DNA from: Podarcis melisellensis
Lineage: Eukaryota
Assembly (NCBI GenBank): GCA_964234715.1
Contig: OZ174275.1
Length of the DNA stretch: 64,000 bases
Reading direction: 5' to 3' (one strand)
Numbering within the stretch: position 1 is the stretch's first letter; each line of letters opens with the position of its first letter. The position numbers were made by a program, and so were the translations under genes. Below are positions 37,886 through 53,099 of this stretch, one piece after another. The notes below the pieces were generated by a model, which worked only from the letters and a program-made list of their open reading frames with translations, was not told the DNA's origin and made no database searches.

Positions 37886-38368
37886 ACAATTTTATAATTC
37901 TATTATGTGTCAAAGCTTTCTCCCCCTAAAAAATACCGCCAGCAGTTTTATTCTCTGCAAGAGTTACTTTGAGTCCACAAAAGAGACGCAAGTGAGAGGT
38001 AAGTGGAGACAAAGCACAGGCAGGGGAAGGTTTGGCATTTCTCCAGCTTACCCTGTTTTGAACACACACACACCCCAACACACACTTTATAGAGATTTTG
38101 ATGGTGGATCCGATTCCGACACATGTATAGTTGGCAGTTTGTAGACACAATTTTAAACTGAATATTGCACCTAGATGGTGAAAACAATAGGAAAAGATCC
38201 CATGACAATTTCTGCAAAAATAGAAGTCTGTCTTCGCTAGCTGCTGCTGTAATATCAACAAAATATTGATTAAAGAAAAATTTAATCAATTTAGTTGAAA
38301 AGCATGTGAAAGCACCTCTATTAGAGATTTGTGAAGAAAGGACCTAATTTATAAGTGAGACAGAATGA

Positions 38369-38372
<4 letters not shown>

Positions 38373-38406
<34 letters not shown>
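38373..38406. repeat. (TG)n microsatellite; another at about 38601-38621
   Basis: Directly visible. Confidence 0.95.
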
Positions 38407-38409
<3 letters not shown>

Positions 38410-39627
38410 CACACACACAAAATTAAATTTAATAAAGAATAATTAGATTTGGAATTCTCACATGAAAAGAAGAATGGAAATAATTACATGAGAGAAGTAA
38501 TGCTAATGGTAGTGAGCAAGAAGAAATTGTAAAGAATGAACTGAACATTCCCTAACAACAAAATTCAATGCATTAACACTTCATTTGATTATACACTGTT
38601 TGTGTGTGTGTGTGTGTGTGTAAAAATCTAATTCTAAAAGATCAGTTATTTCAGTAGATGGTTATTTAACTCTGGTCTCAACAACTGATTTCCCAGGAAG
38701 GTTCTCTTAAAGTAAAATAAAACTGGTAATTAAAAAATCAAAATGTTGCCACTCTCTGAATGTAAGATAAATTTGCTTATTCTGCAAAAAAACAACAACA
38801 ACAACAACAACAAAAAACCACCCCATGGATTAAGGCTATAGCTACACAGTTAAGGTTTCCTCTCAAGCCTTCTTTTGATGTAATCAAAACAAAAACCTTC
38901 CACATTTTGCATACAGTGGGATAACTGCTACACACTGCAATCCTCCAAAGAGTTTCTGAATCACTGTAAAGTCAGAGCACTCCTCCGTCTTCATCTGTCT
39001 CTTTGGACTTTGGTCTCAAGTACAGAAATAATTGGCTTAAGTGCTATTTAGCGACTTAACGTCGAGGCAGCTAAACATATTGATTCAGTTTCTCACAGTA
39101 TGAGAACTTCATGGGTGTGCAAGCGTCTTGAGGACAAAAACACAAGACATACCAGCAGCAGAGGACGCTTGGCAGAGCTGGGGACATCATGCCATATTTT
39201 CAGCAACAAGTATTTTCAGCAACAAAGCTAAGTTTGGTGTACAAGCAGAGATGTATGAACATGTCTCAATCCATTCCAACGTTCATTCACACTTTGATCT
39301 GGTATTTTCCATTCCATGGCAATTGGTTTATTTTGCACAAGTCTTTCTTCTGTTTTGTCATCCTCTGGTGTAGAAATATACATATTTTTTCATATATATC
39401 ATAGCACACAGGAAACACGCAACTCTCGGCAGTCAAAATATATTTACAAATCAACTACTTTCGCTGTGTGTTATCTTTCAAAGTTAGTGACTTTCCAGAG
39501 GGAGTAAACCTCCTTTGTAGCAAAATCAGTTATTCTTATGGCTAAGGTGCCACAAGAATAATGGATTTTGCTACAAAGGAGGCAAAGTTAATGAACTGGC
39601 TAATGACACATCACAAAGCCACCTATG

Positions 39628-39708
39628 GCTGCAATTCTATCCAAGTATATTGAGAAGGAAGTACCATTCAGTTCAATGGGACTTACTCCCAGATAAGTGG
39701 AGTTGCAG
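39628..39708. repeat. Member of a short palindromic interspersed repeat family (AAGTCCCATTGAGTTCAATGGGACTTAC-like core); decayed copies at about 5323-5410, 12390-12475, 14140-14220, 25205-25300, 40630-40700 and 58740-58815
   Basis: Recurring degenerate GCTGCAAT...ATTGCAG termini and the same central palindrome. Confidence 0.55.
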
Positions 39709-39788
39709 TCTCTCTTAGACATACAAGTTCTATTTACTGCAACATCTTATTTCATAAATTTGTATTTTACACAGAAAATAGTCATATA

Positions 39789-40284
39789 CAGTGGTACCTT
39801 GGTTTTCAAACGCCTTGGTACTCAAACAACTTGGAACCCAAACACTGCAAACCTGGAAATAAGTTTTCCGGTTTGCAAACTTTTTTCAGAAGCAGAACAC
39901 ACTCCATTTTTGCATGTTACACTTCCAATTTGAGTGTCACACTTCCATTTCGAGTGTTACGCTGAGGTCTGTTTTTGCTATTTATTTTGCATTTTTGTTT
40001 TTGCGGCTCTTGTTTTTGTGACTGTGTGGAACCCAGTTCAGCTACTGATGGATTGATTGTGTGACTGCAGTACATTGTCTACTGCTTTCATTTTATGGAT
40101 CAATGGTCTTGTTAGATAGTAAAATTCATGTTAAATTGCTGTTTTAGGGTTATTTTTTAAAGTCAGGAATGGATTAATCCATTTTGCATCACTTTCTATG
40201 GGAAAGTGCACCTTGGTTTTGGAATGCTTTGGTTTTGGAATGGACTTCCATAACGGATTAAGTTTGAGAACCAAGGTACCACTG
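39789..40284. mobile_element. Tigger/pogo-like MITE
   Basis: TA TSD; TIR CAGTGGTACCTTGGTT(T/C)TCAAAC. Confidence 0.9.
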
Positions 40285-42590
40285 TATGGGTATGCAGAAG
40301 CATAATGCTCAAGCTAATTCCTGTTTGGCAGCTTTAAATCCTTTTTAGTGCGAATGTATTCTTGCCATGTGAAAAAGAACAACAATGAATTATGTGTTTC
40401 GTTGGTTTGGATGCTATTAAATGAAAAAAATAAAATAAAACAAATGTTTAAAGGGCAGGTGGTTGTTCAAAACGAGCAGTCAAATCTTGGTGGTTCCACT
40501 CATTTTGACAAAGAGGCTTGGACTTTTAACTGAGGAACACAGATAAAGTCTACAGGTAACAAAAAGGGTGAAAACAATAATGAACAATGCATCCCACTGG
40601 TTTTTAAAATTCATTGTAGGAAGCAGATTAAGGCTGCAATTCTAACCCCAAAGAAACAAGTCCAACTGAGTTCTGATTAGACATGGTTGGGATTTCGGCC
40701 TTAGTGCATATAGGTGGTGTCTAGGAACAAACAATTTACACAATTAAATACTTCAGAAAAAAAAGAAAAACAATGAGGCACCCATTGGGACAGTGGCAAT
40801 TATGCATCAGTGAACATCTAAATGTACATGGCAAATCAATATGCATACACATAATGTGTGCATATTTTTTTAAAAAAATATTTTTGTTGTAGACAACTAC
40901 GGTTAAAAGCACCCCTAAGAAGAATCCATACTGTGATGGGAATCAACTGGGGGGACGGACAGAAGGAAATCCATTTGAAAGGCTGTTTTCAACTGATCTG
41001 TCAAACATCCTTATGGATGCTGAAGGCCTGAGCTGCTTCACTGTTACTCTATATGGAGATTAAGTACAATAAGTATATTGTAGGAGCCCCAAGAGCTGCA
41101 TGTGAAACTTCTACTAGCTCCAAAATAATAACTGACTACTACACAAAGGAAACACATAAATTACCACATCTTAAAAAATGCCAATATAAAAGTACTCATT
41201 TGAAGGGGTGATTTACTGCCTGACAACTATTACTGAGATTCCTTCACTTAGCAGACACTGTAAATGATTATCTGAAAAATGGCATACTCCCAGAATCATT
41301 TATTCTTGGGCATATAATGAAAAATGAAAATAAAAAAACACTGGCCTTTCAGAAATAACACATATTCATTATACCACATTAAGATGAAAAGGAAAATTAA
41401 ATCTTAAACAGAAGATGCTAGAAATAATTTATCATACTTTGTAAATATCAAAATAATTGATTTAATACAGAGATGGACTGGTCTAATGAGACACATTCCC
41501 AATTGGATGTTCTGAAAGAAACAATTTAACTTTAGTATACTTCTCACCATGCCTACTGTTGAAAATAATTAAGATAGAAACTGAAAACTCAAAAAGTATT
41601 TGCAAATAATTGCTCCACAACATGAAGCAGGGTGGAATGGAAGAGAAAGAATTATATGAAGACAGAAAATGGGTTAAAACAGCTACTTTATTGGTTACAA
41701 CTTACAAAGTTTGACATGGCATAGGGCAAGGATCACTGACAGCCAAGCTGCTTACTGACAAAATCACCAATTCACTTGCTGGGAAAAACATAAATGGGTG
41801 GAAGGCGAGTCCAGGTCTGCAATAGGGCATATGCCATCACTAAAAACATGGATGTGGTAGGCATGCTAGTCCCCTCTGAGATGGCTCTTGAACTGACACC
41901 CAATATCTCATAAGGTAGTACCTTCATAATAAAATAATTATAATAAACATGGAGTATAATGCTTGCAAAATTATAGGACAACATAACCAAATAACCAAGA
42001 AAGACACTGCTATTGGACAGGCAAAAATGCTACAGCACCAAGCTGTGTGAATGCAAAGTGAAATTCCTTCCCAGCCCTATCAACTCCAAGACAAGATGCG
42101 AGAAAACATGGGAACAACACTGCTAAGGCATGGGCTAGACCTCAATCTACAGCCCAGAAGCAGACCAAAGGGGTAAAATTCATTAATTCTGAAATACATT
42201 AGATGTACTTGCTTGCTCTAAAAATAAAATACATAAAACCCTAGCTCCAGTGCAACACCTTGTCAGTGCAAAATGGCTTGGGGAGACAGTGTTATTGAAA
42301 AAAGAAGGGCAGCTGAGTGGCATGTATGAACTTACTGACCTTATTCAAACAACTGCAAAATGGTTCTAGGTATATGGGTATGGGGTGATGGGGGAGAATA
42401 GCGATGTACTGCTTGGCACAAGTGATGCCATATCAAATTCAATCCTATGTGTAAAAATTTCACCTCCTGTGACACAGACATAAGTTTTTGTTCATTTTTG
42501 CTAAAAGGCAGCCAGCTTGTCCACTGGAAAAATTACATTGTCTTAGTAGTTTATAAAATTATCTACAACCCCAACTTCCATAGCTTTTAA

Positions 42591-42750
42591 ATTATAGCAA
42601 CAAAACAGAGATTATCTTAATTGTAAGTGGACTGTAAATGAAACCTGTCTTTGGCATTATGATTGTTTTGCAAGCTGGTCATAGTCTCAAAAGCAGGTTT
42701 CATTTACAGTCCACTTACCCTTAAAATAATCTCAGTTTTGTTGCTATAAT
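42591..42750. repeat. 160-nt intronic fold-back, probable palindromic MITE
   Basis: 42623-42647 is the exact reverse complement of 42694-42718; 42591-42620 versus 42721-42750 has 2 mismatches. Confidence 0.9.
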
Positions 42751-45700
42751 CCAATTCTCAAAGTACAGTACATTACTATTTGAATTGGAAGGCATGGTAT
42801 ATTCTCTAGACTGTTCTTGAAAACACCAGCACACAAAAGGAAGAAAATGCTCTACTAAGACTTATATGATTTCTACTGGAATATAATATACAGTAATTGT
42901 TTTTGAAATGCACTAAATTCTTTGCTTCATTATTCCTGCCTAGTAGACTGTTCTAAACATTTATTGTTTTTTTCAGCAAAAAATGCATTTGCTCCAAGCA
43001 TTCATCCATAATATTCAATTCTTATATTACTAACCCTATCCTTTCAAAGGAATGGCTTTGACTTAATGTTGTAGATTAAGAATGGATTCTTGACATATCC
43101 TTAAATATCGGTTCAGAGCACCACTATTGTTGAAAAGAAATATCTAAATTCTATCCTCCTGTGGCTTCGCCTGAAGATAGGCAATAGTTTCTCAAAAAGT
43201 CAAAGGTGATGTGGTATAATACAAGCATTATTTCTGGTGGCATGCACATTCATACCACAATAGTCTGTAGTAAAACCATTTTTCAGGTTTTTAGATGCTT
43301 TAAAAAAGTTACAATCTGCTGCAAGAAGCAACAGTTGGGGCAAAATAAAAGAGCATATATACTATATGAAAGGAGGTGCCCATGAAGTGGCCTTCAATCT
43401 TCAAAACACTCTATTGTCTGCTTCCAGTATTGGAAATCAGGTTATGTCGCATCACAGATAGTTGTTAGGCAATCTGATTGTTTATAAGTATTGTTATGGG
43501 AGGTACCCAAGACAGCTAACAGTAGTGATGTTTTGTACCTATGCTGCAATGTATATTACTTAATTTTAGGATGAGAAATAAAGGAAAAAAATATTCCAAG
43601 TCATCAGTCACTGCTGCACATGCACTCTCCTCTGATTTACAAGGACAACTGCCCCAATGAGCAAAACCAAAAGTTGACTTCAATCTACAAAGAGAGCATA
43701 GGAGCTCCAAAACCAACACTGCAAGTCTCCCCTTCTCCATTGCTATTAGAATGTCAAAAGAAAATAATCCAAAGTGTACCTTTGTATCAACACACATAAG
43801 GGGAAGATCCATGGGCAATTTTGACAAATGAGTCAATCACCTGATACCATTCATATAATGTCAGGTGCTTCAAAGTTCAAACTGCAGCTTGAACTCAAGT
43901 CAGGAATACAAAGAAAGAATTTCTTTTTATTGTCAAAAAACAGGCAGCATTTCTGTTATATCTGCTTTTAGCACTATGGGACCACAGAGCTGAGTTCTGA
44001 GAAAAGTCTGTGCCTGCTGCCTTTTAAAGAGGAGACAGAGCCTTCTCTCCAATTTTAGAATTAATCACAAAGCATTAAGATTAGAGATAATCAATTATTT
44101 ACCCCTGACCATAATGCTTAGATTGGCGATAACAGATCTGATATCATGTCAGGTGCAACTGTGGGCTGTAAGATATGGATTGTCCAAAATGACCTAGCAG
44201 GACACATTCAGAGGCTTGGCGGGCCCAATTAGGCTTGTTGGCTATATTCCCTACAATCGATCTACGTGAAACACTTCGAGAGCTTGATATTCATGAGGTG
44301 TTTCCTCTAATTATCATCAATGTGAAGAGTACGTGACATCTAGTACCAGATACAGGTAAGCCTATCTGACATTTCATGTTCAAAAAGTTCAGCCCAACAC
44401 ATAATGACATAAGTGAAAAGATCAGAGATAAAGCCGTAAGTCATTTTGGTTTGTTTCTAGTATACAGGTTAGGAAAATTGGAGGGCAGTGTGTGATCACA
44501 GCATGTATTACTTCGCATTGTAGGTTAACAGGCATTCCACATCAGAATAATACCTTTATTTCTGTGAGAAGAGCTTGGAAGGTCAACATTCTGAAATTAG
44601 CTTTTAAATTAGCTTTTCAAATCACCTAGATCATGTGACAATATATTTTGAACATCACTATTCAAAATTAGCTGACCCTATAGACAACTGGAACCTTTAC
44701 TCCTTTTACTTGAATGGCTAAGTTCAAAATCTCTGAACTTTCTTGCTGCATTTCATCATAAACTTTTACAGCATATTTTTTAAAATAAGATGTGCCATGC
44801 CCATCTGGACCCCACCATGGTTAGGAGTAAAGATGCATTAATTTGTATAGGAGTATTATATTTTTCCATTTTCTGCTCCATGGGGCTGATAACATCTGTT
44901 CCTCCTTCATGTCTCATTCCATTAGCAGACAGTCAAGATTTTACTCTATACATTCCCTTTTATTTACAATATTTTAACCAATATTTATAAAAAGATTCCA
45001 GTGTGATGTGACTAAAACTCATTTGCACAACCCAAGCAAAATTTAAAACCAGCAAATGTAAGACAAAAGGAAAATCTGAAAAACTAAAGCAGAAGAGGGC
45101 AAAATTCCCAAAATCTCTGAACTGAGCTAATATCCAGTAATATGTTTGAATTCAGATGCAGAGGAACAGAGTGTGGGAACAGTCTGCTGGGAGGTAAGCT
45201 GCAGGTATAAGCAGGGTTCAGCACCTCCATCTATACAATCCTTTTACTCTAGCAATCAGGTTCTAACCTACCAGTTTGTTTATTTCAAATAATTTACAAT
45301 ATATCCTGTTCTTCCTCCCCAAGGATATCAGTACAGCATGCAATACAAACTGAAAAGGTACCACCAAACTCACAGCACGCTACAATAGCTTAGAGACCTT
45401 AAAGACTTGTAAGAAGTTTAACTGACCTCCTAAACATAAGCAGTGAAAAAGCTATGCATCACGAGGGCTGGCCTGGATTACATAAACTGTCTGCTAGGAT
45501 CAGAATTTAGATAGTAAAATGGCATGTTAGTGGCTCAAAATTGTACAAAGAACCAACTTGCCAACTGTTTAAGAAGGCACTTCTGCACTAGTTGCAACTT
45601 TCCACTGTGTGTAGTACAGAGGAAGTGAAAAAAACTTGCCAACTATAACTAATTGGTTATGATGATGATGACGATGATGATACTCAGTTCCTCAGAAACC

Positions 45701-46649
45701 AACTAGTCCTACAGTGTGACCCAAGAGAAGTGATGAAAATCCAAAGAGGACTGTACATGTTTGCATAACTTTGCTGACTCTGCCCCAACCTGGTTTAGGC
45801 ATGGTTTGTGTCAGCATGCTGATGCAGAGGAGGTCTTGCCTCCATCCAGGCTGGTCAACCCTCTGTCCACACCTGAACCCCACTGGGAATGGCAGGTGAA
45901 ATGTTTTACTTTAGAAATGTTGATGGACTCCCATATAAATATACTTGTCTTTCTGGCTGTTTTATCACTTTATCACTTAAAGTTGACCAACAGATCTAAC
46001 CCTAACTGTTGTCTTCTCAACTCTCTAGAAATACCCAGCTTGAACTTCATAGGAAAAATCCCAAGATTCTGTGCCAGAAGACTACAAAGTGGGGTGGGGG
46101 GGTGCTAACTCATTAAATGCTGAAGGATTACAGTCAAATACCCTATTAGAATTCATGCTATTTCCCTTAATACTAGAAGTGATTTAATTAGCCACTGGAA
46201 TACACACAAATGACTAGTGTACATAAATAGAAAAGACATCAACAATGGCACTTAAAAATAAAAATCCTCTTAATACACAGATAAACCGCTTAATTATTTT
46301 CACACTAGGTAACTATATAAATTGTTTCATCCATTCCAGGCTTTGAACATATTTAAATAATTACTAATCAAAATTAATTAAAATTTTCCAACAGGGACAG
46401 TTCAGTTCATTAGTATGAAGATAAATGCACTACACTCTGCTTGATAGGAACAAACAATTTAGTAACTGCTGTTTAATGTCATTGACTGCAAGTTAACACA
46501 AGGAAAGAGTACTGCATAAGGAATATAAATACTAAAACAAATTTTAAAGGAGTTCTTAATTTTTGTACCTTTGCATACTTATTAGAAGGACCACTTACCA
46601 TATCATCAATGGCAGTCATTGAAGACTGGTGCAGACTCAGGGGAGCCAG

Positions 46650-47195
46650 CTGTCCTGACCCATGCGGCTGCCGGCACTGTTAACAATCTTGGCCAGTTGC
46701 AGGGTGCTCTGGGAAGTCCCACCAAAACTTAAATTCAAATCGGCCAATCATGGCCAGTCTAGGGGGAATGGGTTTGGAGGAAGACCTGGGGGAGCCTGTC
46801 TTCACTCAGGTCCACTTCCATACCTTACATTCCTGCTGTACCGTGAGTGGTACAATGCACTCGGCAACGGACCATGGGAAAAGTTTTGTCCGGAGGCCCA
46901 GACATGGACTAACAGGCCATAAAACTTCCCAAATGGCAACCAAGCAGGTCTTCCCCATCTGATCTGCATCATGGGGTGATCTTTTAACCCAGGATTGACC
47001 ATAACAGGCAATCAGCAAGCAATCAGGCTAGGCTGATTCAGGACACATATCAAGTGCCTATTGCCAAAAGCCTTCTTATATCTTGTAATCAATAAAGTTG
47101 TGGCCATTTTAATCCCAAACTGTTGCTCTGTCTTTATTGGTAATTGCACACTGTTGGCCCCCAGTGAAGCCGGGCTCACTGCCTCTGCACTCACA
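46650..47195 (+). mobile_element. Putative solo LTR (Gypsy/ERV-like); ends uncertain
   Basis: GC-richer block with CCAAT box (about 46744), TATA-like CATAAAA (46918) and AATAAAGTTGTGGCC (47091), ending near ...CACA; no clean TSD found. Confidence 0.4.
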
Positions 47196-48702
47196 CTGCT
47201 CTGGCCTACATAGAAACAACAAAAGGAAAACTAATGGAATGTGCATTGGCATAGATCGTTATACCTATTTATTGTGTGCACAAGTTAAGTTGAAAAGTTT
47301 TATTACTTCAAAGAATCAGGAAGAAAGAAGTTAATATATTTGAATATGAATACTTCGCTTTCAGAGAGCAGCAAAATACAATCCCACCCCCCACCCCCCA
47401 TGTTTTGAAGTTTTCCTTGCAAAATAGATTTTGAGTGACAAGAGCTGACAGGAGGAAAATATCTCCCACTCAATTCAATGGAGAAGAAAAACACACTTTA
47501 AAAATGTCCCCTGCACTGCCGGGCACATTGTAGAGTAAGAGATTGGGGGTGACCCTAACCTTACACCTAAACTCAATCACATCAACACCTGTCTATAAAA
47601 TCCAGACAGGAAGCTTGAAATGACAGTGCACACAGCACAAGATTCTAGTGGGGTATACTTTCCAGATTCAAGTTGGGTATATTTGAAGCTCTGGTGATGG
47701 AAGCTTTGGCATTTCCCACAAAAGTCTTGCCTCAGAACACAGAGAAACTTGAGCACACTGAAAACACTTCTCAAACTATAACGTTTCAAGCTACCCTGCT
47801 TCAGAACTCCAAGCATAAGTACTCAACATAACTGGGGCATCTTCCTGTCACCATTAATTCATGCTAGACTTTCTTAGTTGTGCAAAGGAAGATCTTCAAC
47901 TATGGGTCCTTATAAGGTTATGTTACTGTTAGACCATTTTTGGTGCAAAAAATAAAATGTTGCTCAGGTTGCAACCCAGGGATTGAAGAATACAAAACTG
48001 AACTAACTGCTAGGTTCTACTCTTTTCAGAGGGAGAACACCCAAGCTTCTCTGCCCCTGATGTTTTTGGTGCCTTTTTGTACCAAGGAGAGCAAAACAAG
48101 TCCTTTTAGCAATTCCCACATTCCATCTTAAGACTGTTACAAACCCTGCCATATAATTTAATCACCTGTGTGGTTAGGGGAGCAGTCTAGTAAAGAACTG
48201 CTTTCTATTTGTGTTCTTGTTTGAATTGTGCAGCAGTTCATTCAGCCCAAAATAAGAGAGTAAGACTCACTATGACAATAAGGCACTCTCTGCAGATGAC
48301 ACTTTGCATGTGCCCTGGAACTTTATAGTCCTGGAACTTCAATCAACAGATGAATGGAAAATGAACGGATTCACTATAATTGCACAGACGAAGCAAACCT
48401 GAGTATACCACTGGCTGCCCTCAGTGAAAGATTACTTGTTCTCATGGGATTGAGAGGCCAAGAACTCCATAAGTATGCTAATGCATAATTTTACATGTGA
48501 TCATTTGTCAGCTGCCAACACAAGCTCAAGCCACCATTTGCTCCCCATTAGCCCTGGTGAGAACAGAAGCCTCTTTCCAACTGGCACTAACCCAAATCAC
48601 TAACAAGCAAATCACAAACAAGAGGGAAATGTTATCAGTCTGAAATTATGAATTCAATACAAGTTGCATGTTGTTCACTCACTCCAAATCATCTTTAAAA
48701 TG

Positions 48703-48704
<2 letters not shown>

Positions 48705-48767
<63 letters not shown>
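48705..48767. repeat. Compound (TC)n(AC)n microsatellite
   Basis: Directly visible. Confidence 0.95.
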
Positions 48768-48770
<3 letters not shown>

Positions 48771-51288
48771 GTGTTTATAACCTTACATGTACTGATGTTT
48801 CGCAGTTGGAGGATCCTGCAGTCTAATTCAGAGAGTCGAATTGAACCTGAAACCGAACCTGGAAACCGGTTCAGAGAGCGTTGTTTCAGAGAAGCAGCTA
48901 AATCCAACTCTAAAGTATCGCAGATTCCTTGACTCATATTGAACTTCTCAAAACAAACCAGTAACTGGCTCAAAGTAAGTAGTTCATTATCAAGTACTCA
49001 AGTAGTGTAAAAAGGTGTTTCTGAAAGACTTCCTGCAACTTTGGGCCAAATTACATGCAATCCACACTTCTTTTTGTGCCGTATGTCTAGGCAAAAAGTT
49101 TGGGCTTTCCAAGTCTGTCTGATTTTTTTTTTTTATTATTTTTTGTCCCAGCACTTTCCCCAGGAAACCCCACATTTTACCACTGAATTGGAGCAAACAG
49201 CAATGGGCTTTCCTCTCAGATTGCTGTTTGTAACAATTCAGTAATAAAAGCGCTGGGACAAAAACAAGCAAACCATTCCGTCACCGACCTGGAAAGTGAA
49301 GACCTATGACTAGAAAGTGCAGAACAAAGGTAAGTTTGGATGACATCTTAGTCGTGCATATCTGCTCTAAAACAAATCAATGATCTTTTAAACTGAGGGT
49401 ATTGTTTTTGTTTGTTATTTATAGAATCATCGAATCTTAGAGTTGGAAGGGATTCAAGGGTCATCTAGTCCAGCCCCCTGCAATGCAGGAATTTCAGCTA
49501 AAGCATTCATGACAGATGGCTATCCAATCCAAAAATTATGCTATATATTTTTGTATTTTTATATTGTAAACCACCCTATGACCTTCAGATGAAGGGTGAT
49601 ATAGAAATTTAATAAATTAAAAATTAAATGCAAAGAGTTTGGGAGCAAATAGCATGAGACCTGAACCAGACCAGGACCCTAATGTGCAAAGAATGTGGCT
49701 TTAACCCTTTTGCCCTCCCCACTGTAGGCTGATACAGATCAGAGTCCCTGCACCCGCAGTTTGTATAACAAAAAACCACCCCTTTGGGGTAATGCAAATT
49801 TCAGGTGTGGTGACCTTGATCTAGATCAGGCTGCAGTATGTATTGGGGGGGGGGGGAGTTAGAGCCCCTATTTTCTCTACCAGGATCGCAATCTGATTTA
49901 AGCCTCCACACTGGCTACTGGTCAAAACAAGAACAAAAAGACTCGCTTCAGTTATGGATGGAACTATGTGGCTAATATCACTTTGAAGTGTGGCCCTAAA
50001 TAAGAAAGAAGGAAGAAGCCAGGATTCTAGGACTGGAACATTTGTTAAGGAGAAACAAAAAGCTACAAGTCATCTAACTAAAACAGGTCAAACTGGAACT
50101 CTTATATACGCCAGATAAAGTATTCAGTGTAACTGATTTTCAGCCAAACACCTGGTAGTTCAGATGATAACCCAGAGCTACTTTTTGAACAACATTCCAA
50201 GAGGAGAAATTTCATCACAGCTTTTTATCAACAAGATCAATCTCTGCAGAAGTAAAACTATAAAGTATAGAGGAAGCACAATAAAATCAGATCCAAACAA
50301 AGATCAGACAACCAAGATTTTTACGCCTGGTATATCTAATATGCTTTTAAATATTTGCTATGCCATACTAGGCTGAGATTCCTACCCATCTCTCTTAAAC
50401 TGTTTATATATAAACAGCTCTCAGCAATGTATTTCTTTGGTGCAATAAGTGACCCTTGTTTTGATACAAATGAATACAGAAAGGCTCTCGCCATTGCCTT
50501 TTGGATTCCAGCCAACATGCCTAATATAGCTATTCAATTAGAAAGAGAATAAGGGTTGAAGGCTAGCCTAGATACTGTTGATAACATGCCTGGCTACCAG
50601 CCAAAGTTTTTTTTCATTAAAAAAAAACCCCAGACGACATAACATTCACTGATGGTACACATCTTCTTTTCAAATGATGTGACCAAAACAAGGGATATCT
50701 CTTGTATGCTCATCTGTGAGCTTCCCAAGTTCATCTGATGAACCAGAGTTAGAGAATTGGACTTCAGTCTTATATCACAAGGCTTAGCTTCATGAAACAG
50801 TACCTTAGATCATTAAAAAAACTCTCCATTCTCTACTCTTTTGACCAGTAGATTATCTGAATTGCTATGAGAAGAATGATACTACCCAGAGTAGAAGGTC
50901 AAATGCTAAATAAGCAGACTTTTGCTTGTTCAATGGGACATCCCCCTTCCTCTCCTCCTCTGTGCCCTCCAAATCTGACTGAAGGGGCTCCCCAAACCTC
51001 TGAAACAGATTTGGGGGGGTGTGGGGAAAAGAAGAAAAGATTTGTTTCGCAGGCAGAGAAGTCCATTCACACACTGTTGAATACAACTTTCTGTGTCTGA
51101 GCAATTGATAAAAACATCAGAACAGCCAATTAAGCATGGGGCGATCTGAGGAAATTCTTGAACCACCTGATAATATTCATTTTTCTTCTTTCCATTGCTT
51201 TTCTTTATTTCCTAACATAAATTATCTTTCCTCTACAATGGAAAGGCAGACTAGGTCCCAAATGGTAATTGGGACTGAAATGTTATCA

Positions 51289-51588
<300 letters not shown>

Positions 51589-53099
51589 CTACAAATGAGA
51601 AAGTAGACATGAAGACATTATAGACACAAAAGAAATAATTTTTTCAGAGCAAATGAGAACTATTATAAATTATATAGCAATTATCATAATTCATATGCAG
51701 ATACAGGAATAGACCTCTGCTCCGTGAAAATTTTATGCACATTCTTCACTAAGCTAATATAAAATAAAATGATTTTATGATTTTAAATTACTGTTTTATT
51801 TCTGAATTCATCAGAATTATAACTTTTGGTCTCAATGCTCACATGCCACCAGTACTGCTTTGAAAGTGGAATGTTCCTTATTGCAGATGGCTACTTTCCA
51901 AATTTCTTAGCTTGCTTCAGTGAACATGCATAACCACCCACCCATCCTACTGCAATTCTGCCTGTATTGTTAACACTAAACAAATGTTAATTGTTTGTAT
52001 GTTAATTTTTGTATATCAAGGACAAAGAAACAGATGTATGAATGAAAAGACAAGTCCAGGAGAACAAAGAGCTTTGTGGCTTAAAGACTAACACATTTAT
52101 TGTGGCATAAGCTTGAAATTTGTTGGTCCTTAAGGAGTCTCAAGAATCTGTTCAGCAGATACAGACCTGGATGCTACCCTCTCTGGAGACTATTACAATG
52201 GAAGGTCCAGGAGAGTAGTAAAACATACATGCACATACTAACATTCTCTCACACACATGCACAAATGCAGATGCACACCATAGTTTTCAAAAAGGACGTT
52301 AAGGATCTGATGTATAATGGAGGGGATTACTTGAGTTTGTGGGACAACATGAAGTGAGAATTGGTTTAATCAAAGCTGGAGTTGGATCAAGGAGACCCAA
52401 GCTCAAAATCCCAATCCAACAGTGCTGAGATCAAAGTTCTCTGAAAAGAACTTTTGACTTAAATTTGAGAAAGCAAAACTCCTGAACTGAGGTCATTTTG
52501 TGATCTCTCCCTTCCCCCATTATTTTAGTGTTGTTATTTATGGAAACAGAGATCTTCTCAGCAACCACTGATGCCAATATTTTATCCAGAATGCTTGGAA
52601 ATTGCATCATTTGATAGCATCGGGGAGGAGAGTTAAGTGGCCAGCAGCAAAAATGAGAGGGAAGTACCACTCTTGCCACGAGTTATGTGCTCCCTAAAAT
52701 TTTGAACGTCTCTCCCTTGCAATTGCCAAAATCCACCATTTGTGAATGGGTTAGAATTACCATGCAAATATAAGGCTCAATGCTTGACCTTGAGCAAGTT
52801 ACCATCTTTCAGCCTAACGTGGTCTAAAACACTGCTATGAGAATAAAATTGAATAACAGTTTTCTGGGGAAGGCCATAAAAATGGGGTATTAAATAAATC
52901 AAGTTAAAATCAAAACAAATATAGGCAGCAATTAAGAAAAGGAAGTCTGGTTGATTTGGCTGTAGTCATGGACTTTTTGTCCTTTCCAGTTCTTCCTGGG
53001 TGACACTTTAAAATCCAACTGTTCATTTAACATTTATCTGCCTTTCCTGCACCACCTATCCTCTTGTCTACAGTCTGTTCTCCTCTAAGACACAAGGTA

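Noticed and set aside
48825-48895. Cluster of TTCAGAGA x3 and GAACCTG x2 motifs
   Set aside because: Too short and irregular to separate from chance or a decayed repeat.
52070-52150. Possible second Penelope-type remnant
   Set aside because: Too decayed; the hammerhead core boxes are not present.
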